From a virus (taxonomy: Duplodnaviria; Heunggongvirae; Uroviricota; Caudoviricetes), in the IMG/VR virus record IMGVR_UViG_2721755728_000011: a DNA stretch of 64,000 nucleotides; one strand, 5' to 3'. The notes below the pieces were generated by a model. That model was not told the origin of the DNA. It ran no database searches and was given only the letters and a program-made list of their open reading frames with translations. The position numbers were made by a program, and so were the translations under genes. The first letter of the stretch is position 1, and each line of letters starts with the position of its first letter. Below are positions 53,067-62,268 of the stretch, piece by piece.

Positions 53067-53774
53067 ATGGTTCAGAATGAAAAAGTGCGCAAAGAATTCG
53101 CCCAGCGGCTAGCGCAAGCCTGTAAAGAAGCTGGTCTTGATGAACATGGTAGGGGAATGGCCATAGCCCGTGCCCTTTCTCTTTCGTCCAAAGGCGTTAG
53201 CAAATGGTTTAATGCTGAGTCTTTACCACGCCAGGAAAAAATGAATGCGCTTGCGAAATTTCTAAACGTTGATGTTGTTTGGCTTCAGCACGGCACTTCG
53301 TTAAATGGAGCGAATGATGAAGATACTTTTTCAATTGTTGGCAAATTAAAAAAAGGGTTAGTGCGCGTGGTTGGTGAGGCAATTCTTGGTGTTGATGGTG
53401 CCATCGAGATGACCGAAGAGCGCGATGGGTGGCTCAAGATTTATAGCGATGATCCAGATGCCTTTGGTCTTCGTGTAAAAGGAGACAGCATGTGGCCCAG
53501 AATTAAATCAGGAGAATATGTACTCATTGAGCCTAACACCAAAGTATTCCCAGGTGATGAAGTGTTTGTCAGAACCATTGAAGGGCACAACATGATCAAG
53601 GTTCTTGGCTATGACAGAGACGGAGAATACCAATTTACAAGCATCAATCAAGACCACAGGCCAATAACGTTGCCTTATCATCAAGTAGCAAAGGTGGAGT
53701 ATGTGGCTGGTATTTTGAAGCAATCTCGCCACCTAGATGACATCGAGGCAAGGGAATGGATTAAAAGTTCGTGA
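53067..53774 (+). CDS. cI: CI prophage repressor (HTH plus S24 LexA-like peptidase domain)
   Basis: 235 aa; N-terminal HTH, C-terminal GDSMWPRIKSGEYVLIEP and catalytic-Lys region. Confidence 0.85.
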   Translation: MVQNEKVRKEFAQRLAQACKEAGLDEHGRGMAIARALSLSSKGVSKWFNAESLPRQEKMNALAKFLNVDVVWLQHGTSLNGANDEDTFSIVGKLKKGLVRVVGEAILGVDGAIEMTEERDGWLKIYSDDPDAFGLRVKGDSMWPRIKSGEYVLIEPNTKVFPGDEVFVRTIEGHNMIKVLGYDRDGEYQFTSINQDHRPITLPYHQVAKVEYVAGILKQSRHLDDIEAREWIKSS

Positions 53775-53871
53775 CTTCATCGTCACATAGCTGGTAACCA
53801 ATGGCCTGAAGAGACGTTTGGGTGACAAGAAGCATAGGTATTAACAATAACTTTCATGGTGATACGAATCA

Positions 53872-54414
53872 GTGGCTAAAAAAGGCGACTTTAAGCCTAC
53901 CCAGAAAGAGGTTGACCAAGCTATTACTTGCTTGAAAAAAGTAACTTTTAGCGGAGTTTCGTGGACCGGAAGTGAGGGACGAACCCCAATCTGGTTTAAA
54001 TTGGATCTCAAAGCTTTTGATGAAATTGGCAACCCAATCACAGGCATAAGATTTATGCTTCACTGGCGTTCTCCTATCGTTGAAGGGGTGGATATAGTGA
54101 AGCTTTCATTTGTGATGTTTCTTCATGACAGGCGCATTTACGCGCTTGACCCGTACCCTGCGCATAACAAGTCACACCGTAATAAATCTATAGTGCACCA
54201 TCCAGATTTTGTTGAGGTGGCTCGAGGTCCTCACTATCACATGTACTTCGAATCAGCTGGGGAAGAAATTGCACTCAAGCTTGAAACGAACATCAAGCCA
54301 GATGATTTTTTTGGCTACTGGAATTATTTTTGCGAGGCGCTTAATATCATATATGAAGGCAGCCCACCTTTACCGAATCAAGATAAATCAGGTCAGCTAT
54401 CATGGGAAATGTAA
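53872..54414 (+). CDS. Unknown protein (180 aa), first gene of the cI-downstream operon
   Basis: Co-directional with cI, 97 bp downstream; GTG start; no TM segments or recognisable motifs; lower GC than flanks. Confidence 0.55.
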   Translation: MAKKGDFKPTQKEVDQAITCLKKVTFSGVSWTGSEGRTPIWFKLDLKAFDEIGNPITGIRFMLHWRSPIVEGVDIVKLSFVMFLHDRRIYALDPYPAHNKSHRNKSIVHHPDFVEVARGPHYHMYFESAGEEIALKLETNIKPDDFFGYWNYFCEALNIIYEGSPPLPNQDKSGQLSWEM

Positions 54415-55178
54415 CGTGTTCAACAGTCATATCTAAGCTCGGGTTTGAATGCCACCCAATGAGCGACACGTTGCTGCGCGTTATTAGTCCCTTCACATAC
54501 TACGATGATTGTGAGCAGATAAGCGTATTCGTTCAAGAGATGAGTGGTCAGTATAGGGTTACAGACTACTGCGATACATTGATGAATATTGAATCACGCG
54601 GCATCCACCTGACTAAAAAGAAAATTGATCTGATCAGGTCATCACTCGCTTCGCAAGGAATTTCATTAAATGACTCTGGAGAGATATCTGCGTGGGCAGA
54701 TGAGTCGTCCGTTGGACAGGTAACTGCAAATGTTATTCGTGGTGGGATTCTTGCATCCGCCCAAACTGCTGATTGGTACGCTGAGGTCAAAGACGATAAG
54801 TTTGAAAAATGTGTAATCAGTTACTTAAAATCAGCAGGGCTTGGGAAGCGACTAGCCTTAAAGGAAAAAGTGAAAGGTATTAGTGGGCATAACATTACTG
54901 TTCCGTTAACGCTAAGGAATGAGTCTCGACTAATACCACCAAAACGCGGGTTTACGGTAAGCCTTGCCAGCAGTAAAGGATGGAATACTGCCCACTCAAC
55001 AGTTGGGAAGATTGTTGACTTAAGTCAGGTCGTTCCTGACATAAACAATAGATTTGTAATAGTTGACAGCGATGGGTTAACACCTGAGCTACAGCAACTA
55101 TCACTACTATTTAATGATACCGCACGAGTGTTGCCATTCCATACCAGAGACTCTTGGATTGACTCTCTGGTAGCCTAG
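54402..55178 (+). CDS. Unknown protein (258 aa), second gene of the cI-downstream operon
   Basis: Overlaps upstream ORF by 13 nt; followed by a strong intrinsic terminator; no recognisable motifs. Confidence 0.6.
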   Translation: MGNVTCSTVISKLGFECHPMSDTLLRVISPFTYYDDCEQISVFVQEMSGQYRVTDYCDTLMNIESRGIHLTKKKIDLIRSSLASQGISLNDSGEISAWADESSVGQVTANVIRGGILASAQTADWYAEVKDDKFEKCVISYLKSAGLGKRLALKEKVKGISGHNITVPLTLRNESRLIPPKRGFTVSLASSKGWNTAHSTVGKIVDLSQVVPDINNRFVIVDSDGLTPELQQLSLLFNDTARVLPFHTRDSWIDSLVA

Positions 55179-55180
55179 AA

Positions 55181-55209
55181 AAACCCGGCCTCTGCGCCGG
55201 GTTTTCTTT
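55181..55209 (+). terminator. Intrinsic terminator ending the cI operon
   Basis: cccggc-ctctgc-gccggg followed by ttttcttt. Confidence 0.7.
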
Positions 55210-55468
55210 ACCTCACGTTCGCCTCCCCTATTTAACATCCGCATATGTGCTAACCCACGAACTAACACGCCAGCAATACAGTCCTTTCTCCCCTACAGAC
55301 CAATCTTCAATCTTTGCAAAAATAAATTCCCTTACATATCAAAATCTTATCTAATAAAATTAATGAGTTACAAAATTTCGTACTTATAGTTCTTGATAAT
55401 ATCGAACTATTAGTTCATTATTATCGCCATCTGCAGGATGCTGGCAGCCAAACGGAACAGATTGGCAG

Positions 55469-55502
55469 GCTCTTTAACTTCGATGGGGCGCTGACAAAGT
55501 GC
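55469..55502 (+). promoter_or_regulatory. nutL: nutL-like site (boxA gctctttaa plus boxB hairpin gcgc-tgacaaa-gtgc)
   Basis: Upstream of N; boxB resembles P22 type. Confidence 0.55.
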
Positions 55503-55621
55503 AAACAGATACCAAACGAGATGGATTTGGCGGTGATGTGAATTGCAGCTGCAACGACAGCAACCAGAAGATCAGCATCTGGCACATCACCCCCAAAGCC
55601 ATTTCACATGAGGAAAACATC

Positions 55622-55957
55622 ATGACGGTAATCGTGTACGGGAAATCAACATTTGCAGGAAATGCCAAAACTCGCCGTCATGAGCGGCGCAGAAAGCTGG
55701 CTATCGAGCGTGATGCTATATGCAACATCATCGATTCGATCTTCGGCACAGACAGTGAGGAACCTGTTCAGGAAGCCCCGAGAAAACGTTTAAGCCTTTC
55801 TGAAAAAGCAATATCACTCGGAAGCCTTCGCTGCCAGAAGGCAGAAGAAGTCGAGCGTAAACAGAACCGTATTTACTACCGCAAGCCACGCAGTGAAATG
55901 GGTGTGACTTGTGTTGGTCGCCAGAAAATGAAATTCGGCAACAAACCACTTATTTGA
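55622..55957 (+). CDS. N: Antiterminator N (P22-type ARM, lambda-like C-terminus)
   Basis: MTVIVYGKSTFAGNAKTRRHERRRKLAIER... at N-terminus; C-terminus RKQNRIYYRKPRSEMGVTCVGRQKMKFGNKPLI resembles lambda N. Confidence 0.8.
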   Translation: MTVIVYGKSTFAGNAKTRRHERRRKLAIERDAICNIIDSIFGTDSEEPVQEAPRKRLSLSEKAISLGSLRCQKAEEVERKQNRIYYRKPRSEMGVTCVGRQKMKFGNKPLI

Positions 55958-56035
55958 GGTGAGATATGGAAGAAGAATTTGAAGAGTTCGAAGAGCATCC
56001 TCAGGATGTGATGGAACAATACCAGGACTATCCGT

Positions 56036-56215
56036 ATGACTACGACTATTGATACAAATCAATGGTGTGGACAATTCAAACGATGCAATGGATGCAAGCT
56101 GCAATCGGAATGCATGGTTAAGCCTGAAGAAATGTTTCCTGTAATGGAGGATGGGAAATATGTCGATAAATGGGCAATACGAACGACGGCAATGATTGCC
56201 AGAGAACTTGGTTAA
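56036..56215 (+). CDS. ral: Ral restriction-alleviation protein
   Basis: 59 aa MTTTIDTNQWCGQFKRCNGCKLQSECMVKPEEMFPVMEDGKYVDKWAIRTTAMIARELG, lambda Ral-like. Confidence 0.85.
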   Translation: MTTTIDTNQWCGQFKRCNGCKLQSECMVKPEEMFPVMEDGKYVDKWAIRTTAMIARELG

Positions 56216-56372
56216 CAGAACAACAAAGCTGCCTGATAGTGGCCTTTATTTTTGGCATAAATAACAGAATAAACACTGCACTGTGTATTCATTCCAACGA
56301 GTGAATACACGGAGCAATGTCGCTCGTAACTAAACAGGAGCCGACTTGTTCTGATTATTGGAAATCTTCTTT

Positions 56373-56398
56373 GCCCTCCAGTGTGAGGGCGATTTTTT
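56373..56398 (+). terminator. tL-like intrinsic terminator
   Basis: gccctc-cagtgt-gagggc followed by T6. Confidence 0.6.
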
Positions 56399-56418
56399 AT
56401 CTATGAGGATATGAATAG

Positions 56419-56787
56419 ATGTCAAACATCAAAAAATACATCATTGATTACGACTGGAAAGCATCAATAGAAATTGAAATCGACCATGACGTAATGACAG
56501 AGGAAAAACTTCACCAGATTAATAATTTCTGGTCAGACTCTGAATACCGACTCAATAAACACGGCTCTGTATTAAATGCTGTATTAATCATGCTGGCGCA
56601 ACATGCTCTGCTTATAGCAATTTCAAGCGACTTAAATGCATATGGTGTTGTGTGTGAGTTCGACTGGAATGATGGAAATGGTCAGGAAGGATGGCCTCCA
56701 ATGGATGGTAGCGAAGGAATAAGAATTACCGATATCGATACATCAGGAATATTTGATTCAGATGATATGACTATCAAGGCCGCCTGA
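56419..56787 (+). CDS. ea10: Ea10-like protein
   Basis: 122 aa MSNIKKYIIDYDWKASIEIEIDHD...; matches lambda Ea10 from memory (moderate certainty). Confidence 0.65.
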   Translation: MSNIKKYIIDYDWKASIEIEIDHDVMTEEKLHQINNFWSDSEYRLNKHGSVLNAVLIMLAQHALLIAISSDLNAYGVVCEFDWNDGNGQEGWPPMDGSEGIRITDIDTSGIFDSDDMTIKAA

Positions 56788-56833
56788 GTGCGGCTTTACC
56801 GCATACCAATAACGCTTCACTCGAGGCGTTTTT
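56779..56833 (+). terminator. Tandem hairpins after ea10 (second followed by T-run)
   Basis: gccgc-ctgagt-gcggc and cgcttc-actc-gaggcg plus ttttt. Confidence 0.45.
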
Positions 56834-56859
56834 CGTTATGTATAAATAAGGAGCACACC

Positions 56860-57024
56860 ATGCAATATGCCATTGCAGGGTGGCCTGTTGCTGGCTGCCC
56901 TTCCGAATCTTTACTTGAACGAATTACCCGTAAATTACGTGACGGATGGAAACGCCTTATCGACATACTTAATCAGCCAGGAGTCCCGAAAAATGGATCA
57001 AACAATTATGGCTATCCAGACTAA
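56860..57024 (+). CDS. cIII: cIII (FtsH inhibitor)
   Basis: 54 aa [54 protein letters not shown]. Confidence 0.95.
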   Translation: MQYAIAGWPVAGCPSESLLERITRKLRDGWKRLIDILNQPGVPKNGSNNYGYPD

Positions 57025-57157
57025 ATTCACTATCGCCACTTTTATTGGCGATGAAAAGATGTTTCGTGAGGCCGTCGACGCTTATAAAAAATGGATATTA
57101 ATACAGAAACTGAGATCAGGCAAAAGCATTCACTACCCCCCTTTCCTGTTTTCCTAA
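56993..57157 (+). CDS. kil: Kil (host cell-division inhibitor)
   Basis: [37 protein letters not shown]..., overlaps cIII and gam as in lambda. Confidence 0.8.
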   Translation: MDQTIMAIQTKFTIATFIGDEKMFREAVDAYKKWILIQKLRSGKSIHYPPFLFS

Positions 57158-57507
57158 TCAGCCTGGCATTTCGCGGGCGATATTTTCACAGCTATTTCAG
57201 GAGTTCGGCCATGAACGCTTATTACATTCAGGATCGTCTTGAGGCTCAGAGCTGGGCGCGTCACTACCAGCAGATAGCCCGTGAAGAGAAAGAGGCAGAA
57301 CTGGCAGACGACATGGAAAAAGGCCTGCCCCAGCACCTGTTTGAATCGCTATGCATCGATCATTTGCAACGCCACGGGGCCAGCAAAAAAGCCATTACCC
57401 GTGCGTTTGATGACGATGTTGAGTTTCAGGAGCGCATGGCAGAACACATCCGGTACATGGTTGAAACAATTGCTCACCACCAGGTTGATATTGATTCAGA
57501 GGTATAA
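57091..57507 (+). CDS. gam: Gam (RecBCD inhibitor; GamL with internal GamS start)
   Basis: 138 aa [21 protein letters not shown]...; internal [21 protein letters not shown]. Confidence 0.95.
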   Translation: MDINTETEIRQKHSLPPFPVFLISLAFRGRYFHSYFRSSAMNAYYIQDRLEAQSWARHYQQIAREEKEAELADDMEKGLPQHLFESLCIDHLQRHGASKKAITRAFDDDVEFQERMAEHIRYMVETIAHHQVDIDSEV

Positions 57508-57512
57508 AACGG

Positions 57513-58298
57513 ATGAGTACAGCACTCGCAACGCTGGCAGGGAAGCTGGCTGAACGTGTCGGCATGGATTCTGTCGACCCACAGGAACTGATCACCACTC
57601 TTCGCCAGACGGCATTTAAAGGTGATGCCAGCGATGCGCAGTTCATCGCATTGTTGATCGTCGCCAACCAGTACGGCCTTAATCCGTGGACGAAAGAAAT
57701 TTACGCCTTCCCTGATAAGCAGAACGGCATTGTTCCGGTGGTGGGCGTTGATGGCTGGTCCCGCATCATCAATGAAAACCAGCAGTTTGATGGCATGGAC
57801 TTTGAGCAGGACAATGAATCCTGTACATGCCGGATTTACCGCAAGGACCGTAATCATCCGATCTGCGTTACCGAATGGATGGATGAATGCCGCCGCGAAC
57901 CATTCAAAACCCGCGAAGGCAGAGAAATCACGGGGCCGTGGCAGTCGCATCCTAAACGGATGTTACGGCATAAAGCTATGATTCAGTGTGCCCGCCTGGC
58001 CTTCGGATTTGCTGGTATCTATGACAAGGATGAAGCCGAGCGCATTGTCGAAAATACTGCATACACTGCAGAACGCCAGCCGGAACGCGACATCACTCCG
58101 GTAAACGATGAAACCATGCAGGAGATTAACACTCTGCTGATCGCCCTGGATAAAACATGGGATGACGACTTATTGCCGCTCTGTTCCCAGATATTTCGCC
58201 GCGACATTCGCGCATCGTCAGAACTGACACAGGCCGAAGCAGTGAAAGCTCTTGGATTCCTGAAACAGAAAGCCGCAGAGCAGAAGGTGGCAGCATGA
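57513..58298 (+). CDS. bet: Bet (Red-beta single-strand annealing protein)
   Basis: 261 aa [38 protein letters not shown]... Confidence 0.95.
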   Translation: MSTALATLAGKLAERVGMDSVDPQELITTLRQTAFKGDASDAQFIALLIVANQYGLNPWTKEIYAFPDKQNGIVPVVGVDGWSRIINENQQFDGMDFEQDNESCTCRIYRKDRNHPICVTEWMDECRREPFKTREGREITGPWQSHPKRMLRHKAMIQCARLAFGFAGIYDKDEAERIVENTAYTAERQPERDITPVNDETMQEINTLLIALDKTWDDDLLPLCSQIFRRDIRASSELTQAEAVKALGFLKQKAAEQKVAA

Positions 58299-58975
58299 CA
58301 CCGGACATTATCCTGCAGCGTACCGGGATCGACGTGAGAGCTGTCGAACAGGGGGATGATGCGTGGCACAAATTACGGCTCGGTGTCATCACAGCGTCAG
58401 AAGTTCATAATGTAATAGCAAAACCCCGCTCCGGAAAAAAGTGGCCTGACATGAAAATGTCCTACTTCCACACCCTGCTTGCTGAGGTTTGCACCGGTGT
58501 GGCTCCGGAAGTTAACGCTAAAGCGCTGGCCTGGGGAAAACAGTACGAAAACGACGCCAGAGCCCTGTTTGAGTTTACTTCCGGCGTGAATGTTACTGAA
58601 TCCCCGATCATCTATCGCGACGAAAGTATGCGCACCGCCTGCTCTCCGGATGGTTTATGCAGTGACGGCAACGGCCTTGAACTGAAATGCCCGTTTACCT
58701 CCCGGGATTTCATGAAATTCCGGCTCGGTGGTTTCGAGGCCATAAAATCGGCTTACATGGCCCAGGTGCAGTACAGCATGTGGGTGACACGAAAAGATGC
58801 CTGGTACTTTGCCAACTATGACCCGCGTATGAAGCGTGAAGGACTGCATTATGTCGTGATTGAGCGGAATGAAAAGTACATGGCGAGTTTTGACGAGATG
58901 GTGCCGGAGTTCATCGAAAAAATGGACGAGGCACTGGCTGAAATTGGTTTTGTATTTGGGGAGCAATGGCGATGA
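58295..58975 (+). CDS. exo: Exo (Red-alpha 5'-3' exonuclease)
   Basis: 226 aa [58 protein letters not shown]... Confidence 0.95.
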   Translation: MTPDIILQRTGIDVRAVEQGDDAWHKLRLGVITASEVHNVIAKPRSGKKWPDMKMSYFHTLLAEVCTGVAPEVNAKALAWGKQYENDARALFEFTSGVNVTESPIIYRDESMRTACSPDGLCSDGNGLELKCPFTSRDFMKFRLGGFEAIKSAYMAQVQYSMWVTRKDAWYFANYDPRMKREGLHYVVIERNEKYMASFDEMVPEFIEKMDEALAEIGFVFGEQWR

Positions 58976-59154
58976 CGCATCCTCACGATAATATCCGGGT
59001 AGGCGCGATCACTTTCGTCTACTCCGTTACAAAGCGAGGCTGGGTATTTCCCGGCCTTTCTGTTATCAGAAATCCACTGAAAGCACAGCGGCTGGCTGAG
59101 AAGATAAATAATAAACGGGAGGCGGTATGCACAAAGCATCTCCTGTTGAGTTAA
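58966..59154 (+). CDS. Small lambda ea-region ORF (orf60a-like)
   Basis: 62-aa ORF overlapping exo end; position matches lambda orf60a. Confidence 0.5.
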   Translation: MAMTHPHDNIRVGAITFVYSVTKRGWVFPGLSVIRNPLKAQRLAEKINNKREAVCTKHLLLS

Positions 59155-59318
59155 GAACGAGTATTGAGATGGCACATAGCCTTGCTCAAATTGGAGTCAG
59201 GTTTGTGCCAATACCAGTAGAAACAGACGAAGAATTTCATACGTTAGCCACATCCCTTTCACAAAAGCTGGAAATGATGGTGGCGAAAGCAGAAGCAGAT
59301 GAAAGAGACCAGGTATGA
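59127..59318 (+). CDS. Small lambda ea-region ORF (orf63-like)
   Basis: 63-aa ORF; position as in lambda. Confidence 0.5.
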   Translation: MHKASPVELRTSIEMAHSLAQIGVRFVPIPVETDEEFHTLATSLSQKLEMMVAKAEADERDQV

Positions 59319-59395
59319 CAACCACTGAATGCATTTTTCTGGCAGCGGGCTTCATATTCTGTGTGCTTATGCTTGCCGACATGGGGCTTGTTCAG

Positions 59396-59610
59396 TGACA
59401 CCTCAGCAGGAAAACGCCCTTCGCAGCATTGCCCGTCAGGCTAATTCTGAAATCAAAAAAGCCAGACAGCAGTTTCCGGATAAAAACGTCGATGACATTT
59501 GCCGTAGCGTACTGAAGAAGCACCGCGAAACGGTAACGCTGATGGGATTCACACCGACTCATTTAAGCCTGGCAATCGGCATGTTAAACGGCGTTTTTAA
59601 GGAACGGTGA
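59396..59610 (+). CDS. Small lambda ea-region ORF (orf61-like; GTG start)
   Basis: About 71 aa from (M)TPQQENALRSIARQ...; track ORF begins further upstream. Confidence 0.45.
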
Positions 59611-59708
59611 ACATGAAAAGCAAAATCATCAGGGAGCTACAGGCTCCTTTTTTATTATTCGCATTTACCCTCAAGCGTATTAACCAACAATTCAGGGATT
59701 AATGAAAG

Positions 59709-59930
59709 ATGGCGGACATCATTGATTCAGCATCAGAAATTGAAGAATTACAGCGCAATACAGCAATAAAAATGCGTCGTCTGAACTACCAGACTATATC
59801 CGCCACTCATTGTTGTGAGTGTGGCGATCCCATAGATGAACGAAGACGCCTGGTCGTTCAGGGTTGTCGGACTTGTGCAAGTTGCCAGGAGGATCTGGAG
59901 CTTATCAGTAAACAGAGAGGTTCGAAGTGA
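59709..59930 (+). CDS. DksA/TraR-family C4 zinc-finger protein
   Basis: 73 aa with CCECGDPIDERRRLVVQGCRTCASCQ motif. Confidence 0.75.
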   Translation: MADIIDSASEIEELQRNTAIKMRRLNYQTISATHCCECGDPIDERRRLVVQGCRTCASCQEDLELISKQRGSK

Positions 59931-60334
59931 GCGAAATTAACTCTCAGGCACTGCGTGAAGCGGCAGAGAAAGCCGGTGAAGATAAGTGGCAGGCTAAAAA
60001 AATAAATGGTGATTTTTTCGTTATTCGTCACGGTAGTTATACAAGACAGCATGGCTACACATCGTATCAACCCATTGCGGAGATTGATTGTAAGCCAGTC
60101 CGGGATTTTGTTGCCAAGGCTAATCCGGCTACCGTGCTGGAATTACTGGATGAACTGGAAGCAGCAAAAAAGCGCATTGCAGAACTGGAAGCGCGGGAAA
60201 TACTGCTCCCGGAACGTAGCAGCATGCTTCATCGAACAGATTTTCACGATGATTACCAAACGGTAATGGCATACAAAGTTTCTGAAGTCATCGATGCAAT
60301 CCGCGCTACTGGCATTCGCATCAAAGGAGAGTGA
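59927..60334 (+). CDS. Ea22-like protein (135 aa)
   Basis: Coiled-coil segment LELLDELEAAKKRIAELEARE; position in ea region. Confidence 0.45.
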   Translation: MSEINSQALREAAEKAGEDKWQAKKINGDFFVIRHGSYTRQHGYTSYQPIAEIDCKPVRDFVAKANPATVLELLDELEAAKKRIAELEAREILLPERSSMLHRTDFHDDYQTVMAYKVSEVIDAIRATGIRIKGE

Positions 60335-60335
60335 G

Positions 60336-61091
60336 ATGATTCACTACCACGGTGGGCCTATTACTCCTGATACGTGCGCAATGAGAGCATGGAAAGGGCG
60401 ACATGCGTTTATCAGTTTTGCGCATTCAGGCCAGATCAATCTCGCGGCTGAATACTGTCAGTCGTTCGCGCTGGACAACGGTGCATTCACCGCCTGGAAA
60501 GCAGCTGGCAAAAACAAAATCGACTGGAGCGATTACTACGAGTTTGTTGCTCGCTGGAAGAATCACCCAGGATTCGATTTTGCCATTATCCCGGATGTTA
60601 TTGATGGCGGAGAGGAGGAAAATGATGCGCTTCTGAATGAGTGGCCTCACGGAAAACTAGCTGGCGTTCCAGTGTGGCACATGAATGAAAGTGACGAGCG
60701 ATTTATTCATTTGTGCAATGAGTTTCCGCGAGTGGCTATCGGTAGTTGTGGCGACTATGACGTAAAGCGCCCAACTCTTGCGGTAGCCAGAATGAAAGAC
60801 CTGATTCGTCACATTGTTGATGGGCATGGTCAGCCGGTTACGAAACTACATGGATTGCGCATGTTAAATCCGCTGATATTCACAAAATTACCCTTAGCCA
60901 GCGCAGATAGTACGAACGTCGCTCGAAACATCGGTATTGATAAAGCCTGGTCTGGGGCTTATGCACCTGCAAGTAAAGAGACACGCGCAGCATTAATGGT
61001 AGAACGGATTGAGGCACACAATAGCCCTGGTTCTCTTGCGTATTGTGAACAACGCGACCGCTTTGAAATGCAATTGCAACTAGCACTTTAA
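60336..61091 (+). CDS. Hypothetical 251-aa protein; weak tRNA-guanine-transglycosylase/DpdA-like motif (speculative)
   Basis: Strong SD before ATG at 60336; motif SFALDNGAF loosely resembles the TGT TDSGGFQ motif; not confirmed. Confidence 0.5.
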   Translation: MIHYHGGPITPDTCAMRAWKGRHAFISFAHSGQINLAAEYCQSFALDNGAFTAWKAAGKNKIDWSDYYEFVARWKNHPGFDFAIIPDVIDGGEEENDALLNEWPHGKLAGVPVWHMNESDERFIHLCNEFPRVAIGSCGDYDVKRPTLAVARMKDLIRHIVDGHGQPVTKLHGLRMLNPLIFTKLPLASADSTNVARNIGIDKAWSGAYAPASKETRAALMVERIEAHNSPGSLAYCEQRDRFEMQLQLAL

Positions 61092-61101
61092 GGACTAACA
61101 A

Positions 61102-61890
61102 ATGACCACTATTACCAAAGAACGTATTGAATTGTTCATTAAAAATCCGCTTGAAAACGGGCTTACTCGTGGCGAACAAATGGAACTGGCACGAATTGCA
61201 CTGGCATCACTGGAACGCGAACTGATTCGCCACGAGCATGCCAAATGGTCTGACTCCACATTTGGCTGCGTTGGCCCCATTGGTCCACTGAAACACCTCT
61301 CAAAAGAGGCTCTGGAAGCCGCAGCCGAACCAGACGATCTCAGCGAGTGGGCTGATATGCATTTCCTGTTGTGGGATGCACAGCGCCGTGCTGGCATCAG
61401 CGATGCTGAAATTACCGCTGCTATGGAAGATAAATTGAAGATCAACATGGAGCGCCAGTGGCCTGAACCAAAAGATGGTGAGCCTCGCTTGCACATTAAA
61501 GAACCCGGCAACTCTCCGGTAATTCCGGATGGTTTATCCACGGTATGCGCTGAGGCTTATCAGGTTGTAGGAGTTATGGCAGATGCGCTTGGTGTATTCG
61601 GTGATGCAGCAGTACAGAAAGTTCTGGATAACCTGTCACAGCAAAAACTTGTTCACAGAGATGTGCTGCCGTTCTCGCTTCCGGTAACTCCGGATGGTTG
61701 GATAAGCTGTAGTGAGCTAATGCCAGATGATGGTCAGCACGTAATTATTTTATGTGATGGCGCATTCGTTCTTTATGCGCAATATCGAGACGGAGAGTTT
61801 TTCGATATTGTCCGCAATGGTGATGAATTTTTCGAAACACAGAGTCGCAATGTAACCGACTGGATGCAACTACCAGAACCTCCTCTTTGA
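61102..61890 (+). CDS. Hypothetical protein, probable DUF550 (dATP/dGTP pyrophosphohydrolase-like) plus DUF551 architecture
   Basis: 262 aa; C-terminal WISCSELMPDDGQHVIILCDGAFVLYAQY...WMQLPEPP resembles DUF551, common in lambdoid ea regions. Confidence 0.5.
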   Translation: MTTITKERIELFIKNPLENGLTRGEQMELARIALASLERELIRHEHAKWSDSTFGCVGPIGPLKHLSKEALEAAAEPDDLSEWADMHFLLWDAQRRAGISDAEITAAMEDKLKINMERQWPEPKDGEPRLHIKEPGNSPVIPDGLSTVCAEAYQVVGVMADALGVFGDAAVQKVLDNLSQQKLVHRDVLPFSLPVTPDGWISCSELMPDDGQHVIILCDGAFVLYAQYRDGEFFDIVRNGDEFFETQSRNVTDWMQLPEPPL

Positions 61891-61986
61891 TAGCTAAGCT
61901 TATACATATCTTTTACATCAGCAATCTATTGTTAATCTCCAATCAATGTTACGTTGTCATCTCTCTCATGCTTTGGAGGTAGTGAT

Positions 61987-62166
61987 ATGTCTTGTCCAAA
62001 ATGCGGTTCTGGAAATATTGCAAAAGAAAAAACAATGCGTGGATGGTCTGATGATTATGTGTGCTGCGATTGCGGATACAACGACTCTAAAGACGCATTT
62101 GGAGAGCGTGGTAAAAACGATTTTGTCAAAATTAATAAAGAACGCGAAGGCAACGAAAAAAGCTAA
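61987..62166 (+). CDS. Small zinc-ribbon protein
   Basis: MSCPKCGSGN...YVCCDCGY two CxxC pairs; SD ggaggt upstream. Confidence 0.5.
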   Translation: MSCPKCGSGNIAKEKTMRGWSDDYVCCDCGYNDSKDAFGERGKNDFVKINKEREGNEKS

Positions 62167-62229
62167 TTTATTTATTCATATATGAAAACAATGTAACCAA
62201 TATTCGAATTGAAGAACTGAAAGAACACC

Positions 62230-62254
62230 AAGCCGCCTGATGGCGGTTTTTTTT
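62230..62254 (+). terminator. Intrinsic terminator (gccgcc-tgat-ggcgg plus T8)
   Basis: Read directly from sequence. Confidence 0.65.
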
Positions 62255-62268
62255 ATTGGAGACAAGAA

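Noticed and set aside
53872-55178. Calling the cI-downstream genes rexA/rexB or sieB
   Set aside because: Sizes and lack of TM segments do not fit RexA/RexB or SieB, and I see no sequence resemblance; kept as unknown.
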